This document shows, piece by piece, positions 54,442 through 63,753 of a DNA stretch of 64,000 nt. Source of the DNA: Alphaproteobacteria bacterium. GTDB lineage: Bacteria; Myxococcota_A; UBA796; UBA2385. Numbering within the stretch: the first letter of the stretch is position 1; the number at the start of each line of letters is the position of its first letter. The stretch is taken from positions 63,332-127,331 of the forward strand of contig JACKEY010000009.1 in the NCBI GenBank assembly GCA_020632755.1. Direction: 5' to 3'. The translations under genes were made by a program, and so were the position numbers. Below the pieces are notes generated by a model that ran no database searches, was not told the origin of the DNA, and was given only the letters and a program-made list of their open reading frames with translations.

Positions 54442-55396
54442 GATGCTGGCTGCCGCCGCGCTCGCCGTGGGTCTCGTGGGCTGCGACCGCGCCGCCGACG
54501 ACCTGCTGCCGCAGGCCAACGAAGCAGCGCCCCAGATCATCGAGATCGGCGAGCTGCCGGTCCTGCCCCAGTCCGCCACCGACGAGATCAGCGCCACCTA
54601 CTGCGACAGCGAAGGCGACGCGCCCAACTGCTACTACGGCCAGGTTCGGGCCACCGACGGCACGACCGTGGGCGGCGCGACCTTCACCTTCAAGGGCACC
54701 GGCTCCCCCGTCTGCGTGGTGGTCGATCCCGAGTCGTTGACCTGGAACCAGTACATCGGCGCGGGCAGCTCCACGGTCACGTGGGGCTACCCGGACAACA
54801 ACGCCGACGACGGCGACATGGACCTGTTCGGCGGCCTGACCAGCTACTACACCGGCTCGCCCGGCATCGAGATCGGCGACTTCTCGGGCTTCTACACCGA
54901 CAGCCTGGGTCGCGAGATCGAGATCGACTACGTCGAGTGCTACAACGAGAGCCCGTACACCGGTGGTGAAGCCCACGCCGGCCGCGGCGCCCCCGAGTTC
55001 TGCACCATCAACACGGCGGGCCGCGAAGGCATCGACTACACCGTGGTGCTCGAGACCTTCAGCGTGCCCCGCGACGACGGTCTCCTGGCGTTCAGCGCGG
55101 CCGTGTTCGAGGGTCGCTGCACCAACCAGACCGACTCGATCGGCCTGGCGGGCATCACCGAGTGCACGATGACCGGCGAGGCCCGGACCGAGAGCGGCGA
55201 GCTGCGCGAGTGCTCCCGGCAGCTCGAGTTCGCCTACTGCCTGAACACGAACCAGCCGAGCAAGCAGTACCTGACCGGCTTCTGCTGCGCGAACCCCGGC
55301 GTGTGCGGCGACGACCCGCCGGACGGCATCTGCAGCGAGATCGATGTCGGAGCTTTCTGCGACGACAACCCGAGCCTCTGCAACTGCGGCACCTGA
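54431..55396 (+). CDS. Cys-rich lipoprotein, hypothetical
   Basis: MKTEMLAAAALAVGLVGC lipobox. Overlaps the upstream stop. About 20 Cys, including a C-terminal CCANPGVCGDDPPDGICSEIDVGAFCDDNPSLCNC. Confidence 0.6.
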   Translation: MKTEMLAAAALAVGLVGCDRAADDLLPQANEAAPQIIEIGELPVLPQSATDEISATYCDSEGDAPNCYYGQVRATDGTTVGGATFTFKGTGSPVCVVVDPESLTWNQYIGAGSSTVTWGYPDNNADDGDMDLFGGLTSYYTGSPGIEIGDFSGFYTDSLGREIEIDYVECYNESPYTGGEAHAGRGAPEFCTINTAGREGIDYTVVLETFSVPRDDGLLAFSAAVFEGRCTNQTDSIGLAGITECTMTGEARTESGELRECSRQLEFAYCLNTNQPSKQYLTGFCCANPGVCGDDPPDGICSEIDVGAFCDDNPSLCNCGT

Positions 55397-55525
55397 GCCC
55401 GCTCGGGCAGGGCCGGGTCCTTCGGTCCTCCCCTCCCCTGCCGACGCGCCCCGATCGCCACCGAGCGGCCGGGGCGCTCGCCGTCTCGGCTGCGGACGAT
55501 CGCGCCGGCCCGGCGCACCGGCCGA

Positions 55526-57067
55526 CTACGGCGTGGTAGCCGGGACCGGCGCAGGCAGCGACACGGGGATGATGGCCACCGGCTCGCGCGTGCCGGGGAC
55601 GCGCAGCGCGGGCGTGCCGTCCGGCAGGCGCACGGCCTGGGCGCGGTCGGGCAGGGCCCCCAGCTCCACCCGGGTGGTGCGGCCTTCGAGCCACAGACCC
55701 TTGCCGGCGGCGACGAACAGCAGGCCCAGCGAGGTCGCGCCATCGGGCGCCACGCCGACCAGCGCCGCGCCGTCGGGGACGGCGACTGGAGGCACGTCCG
55801 TGATGCGCCGGCCCTGCAGGTCGCGCCAGCGGCCGACCAGGCCGCCGGGCTGCTCGACCATCAACAGCACCGCGAGGCCGCCCGGATCGTCGTCGGTCCG
55901 CGGCAGGCTGCCGAACTGCGCGCCGTGCAGGGTCAGGCCCGGCGCCGGCTTCCAGATGCGCAGGCCCGGCGGGGGCAGCGCATCGGCCCCGAAGGGCGTG
56001 TCGGGTCGGACGGTGTAGAGGTCGACGCCTTCGTCGTGGCGCACCAGGAAGTGGGCCGCGCCGGAGCTGTCCACCAGCGCGCGCACGTCCAGGGGGCGGT
56101 GGTCGTAGCGGTCGACGCGGGGAAAGCCGGGCTTTCCGCGGTGGTCGATGCTGACCAGCCGCAGCTCGCCGCCGTCCCCCTTGGGCGCCGGCACCCACAG
56201 GGGCACCAGCGTGCCGCCCGCCACGGCCGCGGGGCGCCCGATGGGCTCGGCCGCGGGCCACGGGGCGTCGACCTGGACGTCGGTGGCCGCACCGCCGACG
56301 CCCTCCACGCGCAGCACGTGCAGCCCCCGGCTGCCGGTCGCCCACACGACGGTGGCGCTGCTGGCGTCGGCCGGCGCCTGGGCCGCCAACAGCGGCGTCA
56401 CGGGACCGTCCAGGTGGGCCAGGTGCCGGATCGTGGTCGGACCCCGGGGGTCGGCGCCGACCGCGCTGTGCAGCATGAGCTCGGCGCCCTCGGCAGAGCG
56501 GTGCACCCAGGCCGCCACCGGGCCCCCGCGTGCACCGGTGCTGCGGTCGGGGCCCAGATCGACGGCCGCCACCACCGGCGCCGTGCGGCGCACCGCCTGT
56601 CGCGCGATCTCGGTCGAGCGGTCCCCCTCGACCAGCCGCACCACCAGCTCGAAGCGGGGGAAGTCGCCGAAGCCGCCGGGCACCTCGAGCAGGGCCCGCC
56701 GGCTGCCGCGGGGGCTCAGCCGCCAGGTGGTGCTGGGATCCCACTCGGGCGGCGTGTTGTACCGGGAGATGGTGCGGCCGTCCGGCAGGATCATGTCGAA
56801 GCGGACCAACCACGGCCGCTCGCCCACGTCGGGCACGGCGAGCGTGTCGGTGCCGGGATTGCGGACGCTGATCGGGATGATGACCTGCTCGCCCTGGACG
56901 TACTCGGCGCGCAGCTCGGCGGACCATCGGGGTCCGGCGGGCTCGGCTTCCGGCGGGCTGGCCGCGGCGTCCGCGGTGGCAGCGCCTTCGTCCTGGGCCC
57001 ACGCGGGCGCCTGGGCCAGCAACAGGGCGGCCAGGGGCAGGAGGAGGGCGGGAGGAGGGGCGGCCAT
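55526..57067 (-). CDS. secreted hypothetical protein
   Basis: MAAPPPALLLPLAALLLAQAPAWAQ signal peptide. 513 aa, beta-rich. Confidence 0.55.
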   Translation of the reverse strand: MAAPPPALLLPLAALLLAQAPAWAQDEGAATADAAASPPEAEPAGPRWSAELRAEYVQGEQVIIPISVRNPGTDTLAVPDVGERPWLVRFDMILPDGRTISRYNTPPEWDPSTTWRLSPRGSRRALLEVPGGFGDFPRFELVVRLVEGDRSTEIARQAVRRTAPVVAAVDLGPDRSTGARGGPVAAWVHRSAEGAELMLHSAVGADPRGPTTIRHLAHLDGPVTPLLAAQAPADASSATVVWATGSRGLHVLRVEGVGGAATDVQVDAPWPAAEPIGRPAAVAGGTLVPLWVPAPKGDGGELRLVSIDHRGKPGFPRVDRYDHRPLDVRALVDSSGAAHFLVRHDEGVDLYTVRPDTPFGADALPPPGLRIWKPAPGLTLHGAQFGSLPRTDDDPGGLAVLLMVEQPGGLVGRWRDLQGRRITDVPPVAVPDGAALVGVAPDGATSLGLLFVAAGKGLWLEGRTTRVELGALPDRAQAVRLPDGTPALRVPGTREPVAIIPVSLPAPVPATTP

Positions 57068-57085
57068 GCAAGCTCCGAGGGGGTC

Positions 57086-58348
57086 TCAGCCGTCGAGGAG
57101 GGAACGGACCAGCGCGAGGGCCTCTTCCCGGTTGCCTACCCTCCCCGCGAGCTGCGCGTGGCGCACATCCGCGAGGATCCGGCCCATGGTCGGACCGGGG
57201 GGCGTGCCGAGGTCCATCAGGTCCCGCCCCTGGACCAGGGCCGGGAGGGGTTCGTGCAGCACACCCAGCATGCCCGCCCGCCGCAGCACGTGCTCGACGG
57301 AGACGGCCCCCGACGCCGCCAGCGCCACACCGCCCACCACCGCGACCTCGCCGTCCTCGGCGAGTCGCCGCAGCAGCGTGTCGTCGACGTCGGCGCCCAC
57401 GAGCTCCCGCCAGTGGGCGACCGCGTGCAGCACCCGGTCCCGCAGGGGATAGCGCCCGCTGCGGTGGACGCGCAGGTGCAGCAGCGCGGCTTCCGCGTCC
57501 TCGACGGCCTCGCGGTGCAGCAGGGCCCCCAGCATCAGCGCCAGCGACCGGGGCGCGCGGCCCACCTGGGGCTGCCAGGCCGCGGCCCGGTCCACCGCCG
57601 CGTCGACCTCGGCCGCGTCGCGCTCCCAGCCGCGGACCTGCGGCAGCACCCGGGGCAGCACCGCCGTCTCGCGGCCGACCCGCAGGCCGACGCTCGGTCG
57701 CTCGCTGCGCAGCAGGAGCTTCTCGAGCTCCATCCAGATGCGCTCGGCGGGCAGCTCGTGCAGATCGGCCTTCCGGCACAGCGCGACCAGCCCCGCGTCC
57801 ACCGAGAAGCCGAGCCGCCCGGCGAACTGCACCACACGGACCGCCCGCAGCGGATCCTCCAGGAAGCAGTCGTCATCGACCGCGCGCAGCTTGCCGGCCG
57901 CCAGGTCGGCGCGCCCTCCGTGCGGGTCCAGCACCTCGCCCGTCAGGGGGTCGAGCAGCATCGCGTTGATGGTCAGGTCGCGCCGTCGGGCCGCCTCGAC
58001 GACGCCCATGTGGGGATCCCCCTGCACGTCGATGCCGCGGTGCCCCGGGCCCGCCTTGCTGTCGCGCCGCGGCAGGCTGACGTCCAGCCCCAGCGGCCCC
58101 GCCGACAGCTTGTAGACCCCGAAGCTGCGGCCCACCTCGCTGACCCGGCCCAGCCGGCGCAGCAGCGCCTGCAGGTCGTCGGCTTCGATGCCGTGCACCT
58201 CGATGTCCAGGTCCTTGGGCGGCGGCGGCTCGCGGCCCTGCAGCTCGGCCAGCACGCGATCCCGCACGATGCCGCCCACCACGTAGGCCCGACCGCCGGC
58301 GTCCCGACAGGCGGCGGCGAGCTGGTGCACGACAGGCGGGAAGGGCAT
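57086..58348 (-). CDS. cca: CCA-adding tRNA nucleotidyltransferase / poly(A) polymerase family
   Basis: YVVGGIVRDRVL...DLDIEV (GG..RD, DxD), RRDLTINAML. C-terminal helical body. Confidence 0.8.
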   Translation of the reverse strand: MPFPPVVHQLAAACRDAGGRAYVVGGIVRDRVLAELQGREPPPPKDLDIEVHGIEADDLQALLRRLGRVSEVGRSFGVYKLSAGPLGLDVSLPRRDSKAGPGHRGIDVQGDPHMGVVEAARRRDLTINAMLLDPLTGEVLDPHGGRADLAAGKLRAVDDDCFLEDPLRAVRVVQFAGRLGFSVDAGLVALCRKADLHELPAERIWMELEKLLLRSERPSVGLRVGRETAVLPRVLPQVRGWERDAAEVDAAVDRAAAWQPQVGRAPRSLALMLGALLHREAVEDAEAALLHLRVHRSGRYPLRDRVLHAVAHWRELVGADVDDTLLRRLAEDGEVAVVGGVALAASGAVSVEHVLRRAGMLGVLHEPLPALVQGRDLMDLGTPPGPTMGRILADVRHAQLAGRVGNREEALALVRSLLDG

Positions 58349-58378
58349 CGGCTATATGCTGGGCGCGAGGAGGAGTGC

Positions 58379-58894
58379 ATGCTGTACCCGATCCTGGCCC
58401 TCGGCGCGGTCCTGATGGGCCCCGCCAGCGCCGCAGAGCCCGTCGCCCTGGGGGGTCCCGCCCGGGCCCTCTCCCTGCCCGCCGCCAACCTCGACGGCGA
58501 GAAGGTGGTGCTGCACGACTACGTCGGCCTGCGCGCGCCCGAGCCCCGCTCGGCCGTGGTCCTGCACTTCTACACGGGCAGCGCCGGCGCCCAGACCCTG
58601 CTGGCGCTCGGCAAGATCGCCCGCGCCAGCAACGACGTCCAGGTGATCGCCGTGACCCGCGACCGCCGCGGCGTCGGTGCCGTCGCCAGCGAGGTCGCGC
58701 GCAAGGGCGTCACCTTCCCCGTGCTGTTCGACGAACACGGCGTCGTCTTCGAGCGCTACGCCGTCACCGACGGCCCCCTGACCCTGGTCATCGACGCCGA
58801 CGGCGACATCGCGTCGATCGGCGCCGAGAGCGATCCCGACGCCCTGGCCCAGGGCATCGAAGAAGCGCTGGCCGGGCTGACCGCCGACAAGTAG
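58379..58894 (+). CDS. thioredoxin-fold (TlpA/AhpC-like) periplasmic protein lacking the CxxC motif
   Basis: Signal peptide MLYPILALGAVLMGPASAA. Redoxin-like layout (VVLHFYTGSAGAQ where CxxC is expected, ...VTFPVLFDEHG...). Confidence 0.5.
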   Translation: MLYPILALGAVLMGPASAAEPVALGGPARALSLPAANLDGEKVVLHDYVGLRAPEPRSAVVLHFYTGSAGAQTLLALGKIARASNDVQVIAVTRDRRGVGAVASEVARKGVTFPVLFDEHGVVFERYAVTDGPLTLVIDADGDIASIGAESDPDALAQGIEEALAGLTADK

Positions 58895-58963
58895 CCGGCG
58901 GCCCACCGGGCGCGGGCTGCCGACGGACCGCCGCGCGGGCCTCATCCCGTGCACGACCGGGAC

Positions 58964-60388
58964 TCAGTCCCCGGTGTGGACGATGAGCACCGTGATGTTG
59001 TCGCGGCCACCGCCGTGGTGGGCGGCGCGCACCAGCTCGCGACACATGACCCGCGGGTCGTCGTGGTCGTTCATGATCGCTTCGAGGTCGACGTCTTCGA
59101 CCTCGCCCCACAGCCCGTCGCTGTTGAGCAGGATGCGATCGCCGCGCTCGAGCTCGACCCGGAAGATGTCGATGTCCACATTGCGCTCGGTGCCCACCGT
59201 GCGCAGCAGGATGTTGCTGTGCGGGTGGTTGCGCGCTTCTTCGGGGGTCAGCCGGTTCTGCTCGACCATGCGGGCGACCAGGCTGTGGTCGCGAGTCACC
59301 TGGTGCAGCACGCCCTGGCGCAGCAGGTAGCCGCGCGAGTCGCCGACGTTGGCGACCAGCGCCAGCCGCTCTTCGTGCACCAGGGCCGCGACCAGGGTGG
59401 TGCCCATGTCGTTGCCCATGCGCACCGAGTGGTCCTTGACCGTGTTGTTCGCGGTCTGGAACGCCTCGTCGAGCAGGTTCTCCAGGAAGTCGTCGCTCGG
59501 GTCGTCCGACTCCAGCAGGCGCTCGCGGGCCACCCGGCAGATCGTGGCGACCGCCATCTCGCTGGCGACCTCGCCCGACTCGTGCCCGCCCATGCCGTCG
59601 GCCACCACGTACAGGTAGGTGCCTTCCTTCAGGCAGACCCAGCCCCAGTTGTCCTCGTTGAGGACCCGGCACAGGCCGACGTCGCTCATCGCGCCGGCGT
59701 GCACGCGGTGTTCGGGCAGGTCCGACGCGAGCAATTCCTCGAGCGCGCGGCCGAAATCGAAGGGGCTGCTGTAGGCGCCTTCTTCGGCCCCCAGGAAGAA
59801 GTCGTGGATCTCGCCGGACTTCACGGGGGTGTAGCGCCGCAGGATGGCGCCGAGGTGCGCGACCTCGATGCTGCGGTGCGCGTCGGGCACGGGGCCGTCG
59901 TAGACCTGGGCCACTTCGGGGTCGAACAGCAGGAACTGCCCGTCGCGGCGCACCAGGAAGTTGGCCCGCGACAGGTGCGCCAGCCGGATGCCGTTGGCCT
60001 GCAGGAAGGCCAGCATGCCGGTCGCGCGCTGGGACAGCTCGAGGATGGCCTGGGTCGACAGGGGCGAGCCTTCGTCCAGCATCAGGCCTTCGCCCGACCA
60101 CGGCGTGACCGAGCACAGCACGCCGTCCTGGAAGAACAGGTCGACCGGGGACACGAGCCCCGGGTGGTCGAGCTGCTTGTCGAAGAAGGCGGCGTAGGGT
60201 TCGTAGCCGCTGGTCTCCCACCGGACGGAGATCAGGAACCGCCGCGGGCTGAGATCCGCCCCGCAGCGCACGCAGGAGGTGCCGTTGCGGGGCGTGTCGT
60301 CACAGCCGCACTCCCAGCAGAACTTGCGCGGCCGGTCCGACCGGTCGTCGTTCGCCAGGTAGAACATGCGGCCTTCGGACAGCCGCAC
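58964..60388 (-). CDS. PP2C-family Ser/Thr phosphatase fused to an N-terminal zinc ribbon and a kinase-like (degenerate) domain
   Basis: CWECGC...CVRCG zinc ribbon. C-terminal MSDVGLCRVLNEDN...VVADGMGGH...NSDGLWG...GGRDNITVLIV PP2C motifs. Start is at 60388 or the ATG at 60367. Confidence 0.85.
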   Translation of the reverse strand: MRLSEGRMFYLANDDRSDRPRKFCWECGCDDTPRNGTSCVRCGADLSPRRFLISVRWETSGYEPYAAFFDKQLDHPGLVSPVDLFFQDGVLCSVTPWSGEGLMLDEGSPLSTQAILELSQRATGMLAFLQANGIRLAHLSRANFLVRRDGQFLLFDPEVAQVYDGPVPDAHRSIEVAHLGAILRRYTPVKSGEIHDFFLGAEEGAYSSPFDFGRALEELLASDLPEHRVHAGAMSDVGLCRVLNEDNWGWVCLKEGTYLYVVADGMGGHESGEVASEMAVATICRVARERLLESDDPSDDFLENLLDEAFQTANNTVKDHSVRMGNDMGTTLVAALVHEERLALVANVGDSRGYLLRQGVLHQVTRDHSLVARMVEQNRLTPEEARNHPHSNILLRTVGTERNVDIDIFRVELERGDRILLNSDGLWGEVEDVDLEAIMNDHDDPRVMCRELVRAAHHGGGRDNITVLIVHTGD

Positions 60389-60718
60389 CAGGCCCTCGAC
60401 CGAGTAGTGCTCGGAGAGGTGCGTCCCGGGGGGAAAGGGCGGCGGTCGGGGCGTCAGGGGGGCCTTCCGCGGGCTGGCTCGTCGAGGAGGAAGGGGCGAC
60501 CGTGAAGTGCCCGCCGACCCCTATCCCGTAGAGCCCGCCGAGCCGTCGCATCCTAAACCCCCCTCCCCCACCGAAGCAACGCACCGAGACGAACGCCGAC
60601 GGAAGCCCTGCCCGGACCGGCCGCACCGCCCCGTGGCAGGCCCGCGCGCGCGCCCTCGCCTGACGCGCGAGCATGGTGCGGATACCTGCGCTCACGCCCT
60701 CTCCCCCGAGCCCGCGCC

Positions 60719-62044
60719 ATGTACCGCTTCCCCTTCACCGTCGATGCCACCGCGGGCGCCGCGCGCGCCACCACCCTGCACCTGCGGCGGGGCGACGTGA
60801 AGACCCCCGTCTTCATGCCGGTCGGCACCCAGGGCGCGCTCCGGGCGCTGGCGCCCTCCCTCGTCCCCGAGACCCACAGCCAGATCGTCCTGGCGAACAC
60901 CTACCACCTGTCCCAGCGGCCCGGCGAGCGCATCGTCGCCAAGCACGGCGGCCTGCACGACTTCATGGGCATCGACCTGCCGATCCTGACCGACTCCGGC
61001 GGCTTCCAGGTCTTCTCCCTCAAGAAGTCCAGCGTCACCGAAGACGGCGTGGAATTCGCCTACGAAGTCGACGGCAAGCGGACCTTCCTGTCCCCCGAGC
61101 GCAGCATGGAGATCCAGCAGGCGCTGGGCGCGGACATCGCCATGGTGTTCGACGAGTGCCTGGGCTTCGGCACGACCGAGGCCTGCGCCGTCGAGAGCGT
61201 CGACCGCACCGCCCGCTGGGAGGAGCGCAGCCGCAAGGCCCACACCCGCGAGGACCAGAGCCTGTTCGGCATCGTCCAGGGCGGCTTCTGGCCCCACCTG
61301 CGCGAGCGCTCCGCCGCCCAGATCCGCGACCTGGACTTCGACGGCTACGCGGTCGGCGGCCTGTCCGTCGGCGAAGGCCACGACAAGATGATCGAGGTGC
61401 TGGACTGGACCACGCCGCACATGCCCCACGACCGGCCCCGGTACCTGATGGGCGTCGGCCGTCCCCAGGACCTGGTCGAAGGCGTGGCCCGCGGCATCGA
61501 CATGTTCGACTGCGTGATCCAGACACGGCACAGCCGCAGCGGCATCTTCTGGACCTGGCAGGGCCGGCTGCGCCTGACCGACAAGCGCTACCGCACCGAC
61601 ATGTACCCGCCGGACACCGCCTGCAGCTGCCTGGTCTGCCGCAAGCACACGCGGTCCTACCTCCACCACCTGTTCCGCGTCGGCGAGGTCGTCGGCAGCA
61701 CCCTGGCCGTCATCCACAACCTGTACTTCTTCGCCGAGTTCATGGATCGGATGCGCCAGAGCATCATCGAGGGCCCCGAAGCCTTCGCGTCCTTCCGCAA
61801 GCTCGTGCACGAGCTGTTCCCCATGCAGGCCGGCGACGAGGACGAAGAAGCCGTGCCCGCCCCTGCCGGACCCAAGCGGCCGGGCGGCGCCGGTCCGTCC
61901 CGGGGGAGCGGGGGAGGAGGAGGTCCCGGACGAGGCGGGCCCCGGGGAGGAGGTCCCCGGGGAGGAGGTCCCGGGCGAGGCGGCTCCGGACGAGGCGGCT
62001 CCGGACGAGGCGGCCCCGGACGAAGCGGGCGCGGCGGGCGCTGA
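60719..62044 (+). CDS. tgt: tRNA-guanine transglycosylase (queuine tRNA-ribosyltransferase) with a C-terminal RGG-rich extension
   Basis: TPVFMPVGTQG, TDSGGFQV, GGLSVGE, MGVGRPQDL and the CxCxxC zinc site (CSCLVCRKH). The tail is ...GPGRGGPRGGGPRGGGPGRGGSGRGGSGRGGPGRSGRGGR. Confidence 0.9.
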   Translation: MYRFPFTVDATAGAARATTLHLRRGDVKTPVFMPVGTQGALRALAPSLVPETHSQIVLANTYHLSQRPGERIVAKHGGLHDFMGIDLPILTDSGGFQVFSLKKSSVTEDGVEFAYEVDGKRTFLSPERSMEIQQALGADIAMVFDECLGFGTTEACAVESVDRTARWEERSRKAHTREDQSLFGIVQGGFWPHLRERSAAQIRDLDFDGYAVGGLSVGEGHDKMIEVLDWTTPHMPHDRPRYLMGVGRPQDLVEGVARGIDMFDCVIQTRHSRSGIFWTWQGRLRLTDKRYRTDMYPPDTACSCLVCRKHTRSYLHHLFRVGEVVGSTLAVIHNLYFFAEFMDRMRQSIIEGPEAFASFRKLVHELFPMQAGDEDEEAVPAPAGPKRPGGAGPSRGSGGGGGPGRGGPRGGGPRGGGPGRGGSGRGGSGRGGPGRSGRGGR

Positions 62045-62530
62045 CTACCAGCCGCCCAGCACCAGCCAGGCCCCGGCCGCTCCCGCGCACAGGGCCACGG
62101 CCACCGCGACGAACAGCAGGGGGGCGCCGATCTCACCCTCGCCAGGCGGCGGTGCGGGGATCGCCGGAGCGGGCGGTTGCTCCGGGAGCGGCGCGGGCTG
62201 TGGCGGGTCGGCACGGGGGAGCGGATCCAGCGGCTCGTCGGCGATGCGCGCCCGGACCGCCCGCGACGGGACGCCCCGCAGCGGAGCCAGCCGCTCCGGA
62301 TCGGCCCCCCGCGCGTAGCCGGCGGCCAGCCACGACGACATCGCAGCCTGCCCGGGCCCCTGCTCCTGGAGCACGCCCGTGACCTCGCCGCTGGTCTCCG
62401 CGGCAGGCTGGGTGCGCCCCGACCAGGTGTCGAGCAGCCCGTGCCCGGCCTCGTCCGGCCCCAGGTCGATGCCGACCTCGTCCACCGGTCCGTCGACCGC
62501 CGGGCCGCGGGCCGGAGTGCGCTCGGCCAC
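62045..62530 (-). CDS. hypothetical protein with a C-terminal TM anchor
   Basis: GTG at 62530 follows the FHA-EAL stop by 2 nt. Pro-rich region, then LLFVAVAVALCAGAAGAWLVLGGW. Its stop abuts the tgt stop. Confidence 0.4.
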   Translation of the reverse strand: MAERTPARGPAVDGPVDEVGIDLGPDEAGHGLLDTWSGRTQPAAETSGEVTGVLQEQGPGQAAMSSWLAAGYARGADPERLAPLRGVPSRAVRARIADEPLDPLPRADPPQPAPLPEQPPAPAIPAPPPGEGEIGAPLLFVAVAVALCAGAAGAWLVLGGW

Positions 62531-62532
62531 CC

Positions 62533-63648
62533 TCAGAACCGCCGGGTCGGTGCGGGCTCCGGCCGGCCGAAGGCCCAGCCCTGGCCGTAGATGAACCCGA
62601 GGTCCGTGCAGGCCGTGACCTGGTCTTCGGTCTCGATGCCCTCGCACAGCGGCGCGATGCCCATCTCCAGGACGACATCGACCAGGGTGCGCAGCATGCG
62701 GGCGTGCCGGGCCGTGTCCGAGCCACCCAGCCCGCGGGTCCAGGCCTTGTCGAACTTCACGTAGGCCGGCGTCGCGTCCACCAGCTCGAGCAGCCGGGCC
62801 TGGCCGGCGCCGAAGTCGTCGTAGGCCGCGGCGATGCCGAGCTCTTCGAGGGCCTGGACCAGGCTGCGCATGCGGCCCACGTCCGTGACCGCCTTCTCGT
62901 GGATCTCGAGCACCATGCGCGCCCGGGGCGCGAGCGCCCGCAGGCCCGCCAGCCGCCCGATCAGCCGGTCCGCCGCCGCGAGCTCGTCGGGGTGGCAGTT
63001 CAGGAAGATGACCGGGTGCGTGCCGAAGGCGTTGGCGTCGGCCATCGCCTGCTGACGGAACAGGTCCGACAGGGCCGTGGCCTGGCCGCAGCGGGCGGCT
63101 TCGTCGAGCAGCACCGCGGGGGACGCCGGCAGGCCTTCCAGCGCCCCGCGGCCCAGCGCTTCCCAGCCGTGCACGTCGCGGGTGCGGTTGAGCTTCACGA
63201 TGGGCTGGAACACCGCCCGCACGGCCCGCTGCTGGATCATGCGGCCGACCAGCTCGCGGTAGCCGATCCGGTGGGGCAGGTCTTCGATGGTGCGGTGCAC
63301 CGTCTGCTCGTCCAGGTCCTCGTCGCCCTGCAGCCGCAGCACGAACTCGGTCGTGGCGAAGTGCAGCACGTCGCCGTCCTTGACCGACACCTTGCCGCGC
63401 ACCCGCTGCCGGTTCACGTAGGTCCCGTTGGTGCTGTTGAGGTCGCGCAGCCACAGCTGCTGGCCGTCGTGGTCCAGCTCGGCGTGGCGGCTGGACACGC
63501 CGCTGCTGGGCAGCCGCAGGCCCCCGGTCGCCTTGCGACCGATCCGGAAGGGAAAGGCGGAGATCGGCGTCACCACGAGATTGCGGGTGCCCTCGAGGTA
63601 GCCCTCGAGCACCCACCCGGTCGCGGGAGCGGGCTCAGCCGTGTGCAT
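62533..63648 (-). CDS. FHA domain - EAL phosphodiesterase fusion protein
   Basis: FHA: FRIGRK...SSRHAEL...LWLRDLNSTNGTYVN. EAL: WEALGRG, FLNCHP, EIHE, DDFGAG, KFDK, EGIETE, GQGWAFGRP. Confidence 0.85.
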   Translation of the reverse strand: MHTAEPAPATGWVLEGYLEGTRNLVVTPISAFPFRIGRKATGGLRLPSSGVSSRHAELDHDGQQLWLRDLNSTNGTYVNRQRVRGKVSVKDGDVLHFATTEFVLRLQGDEDLDEQTVHRTIEDLPHRIGYRELVGRMIQQRAVRAVFQPIVKLNRTRDVHGWEALGRGALEGLPASPAVLLDEAARCGQATALSDLFRQQAMADANAFGTHPVIFLNCHPDELAAADRLIGRLAGLRALAPRARMVLEIHEKAVTDVGRMRSLVQALEELGIAAAYDDFGAGQARLLELVDATPAYVKFDKAWTRGLGGSDTARHARMLRTLVDVVLEMGIAPLCEGIETEDQVTACTDLGFIYGQGWAFGRPEPAPTRRF

Positions 63649-63753
63649 GCAGGGCCCAGCATGCCCCGCCGAGCCCCCCACGTCCACGTCGCAGGCCCCC
63701 GGTGCTACGCTCCGCGCCTCGATTCGCCCTTGTCCAGCAGGAGGGACGCCGAC

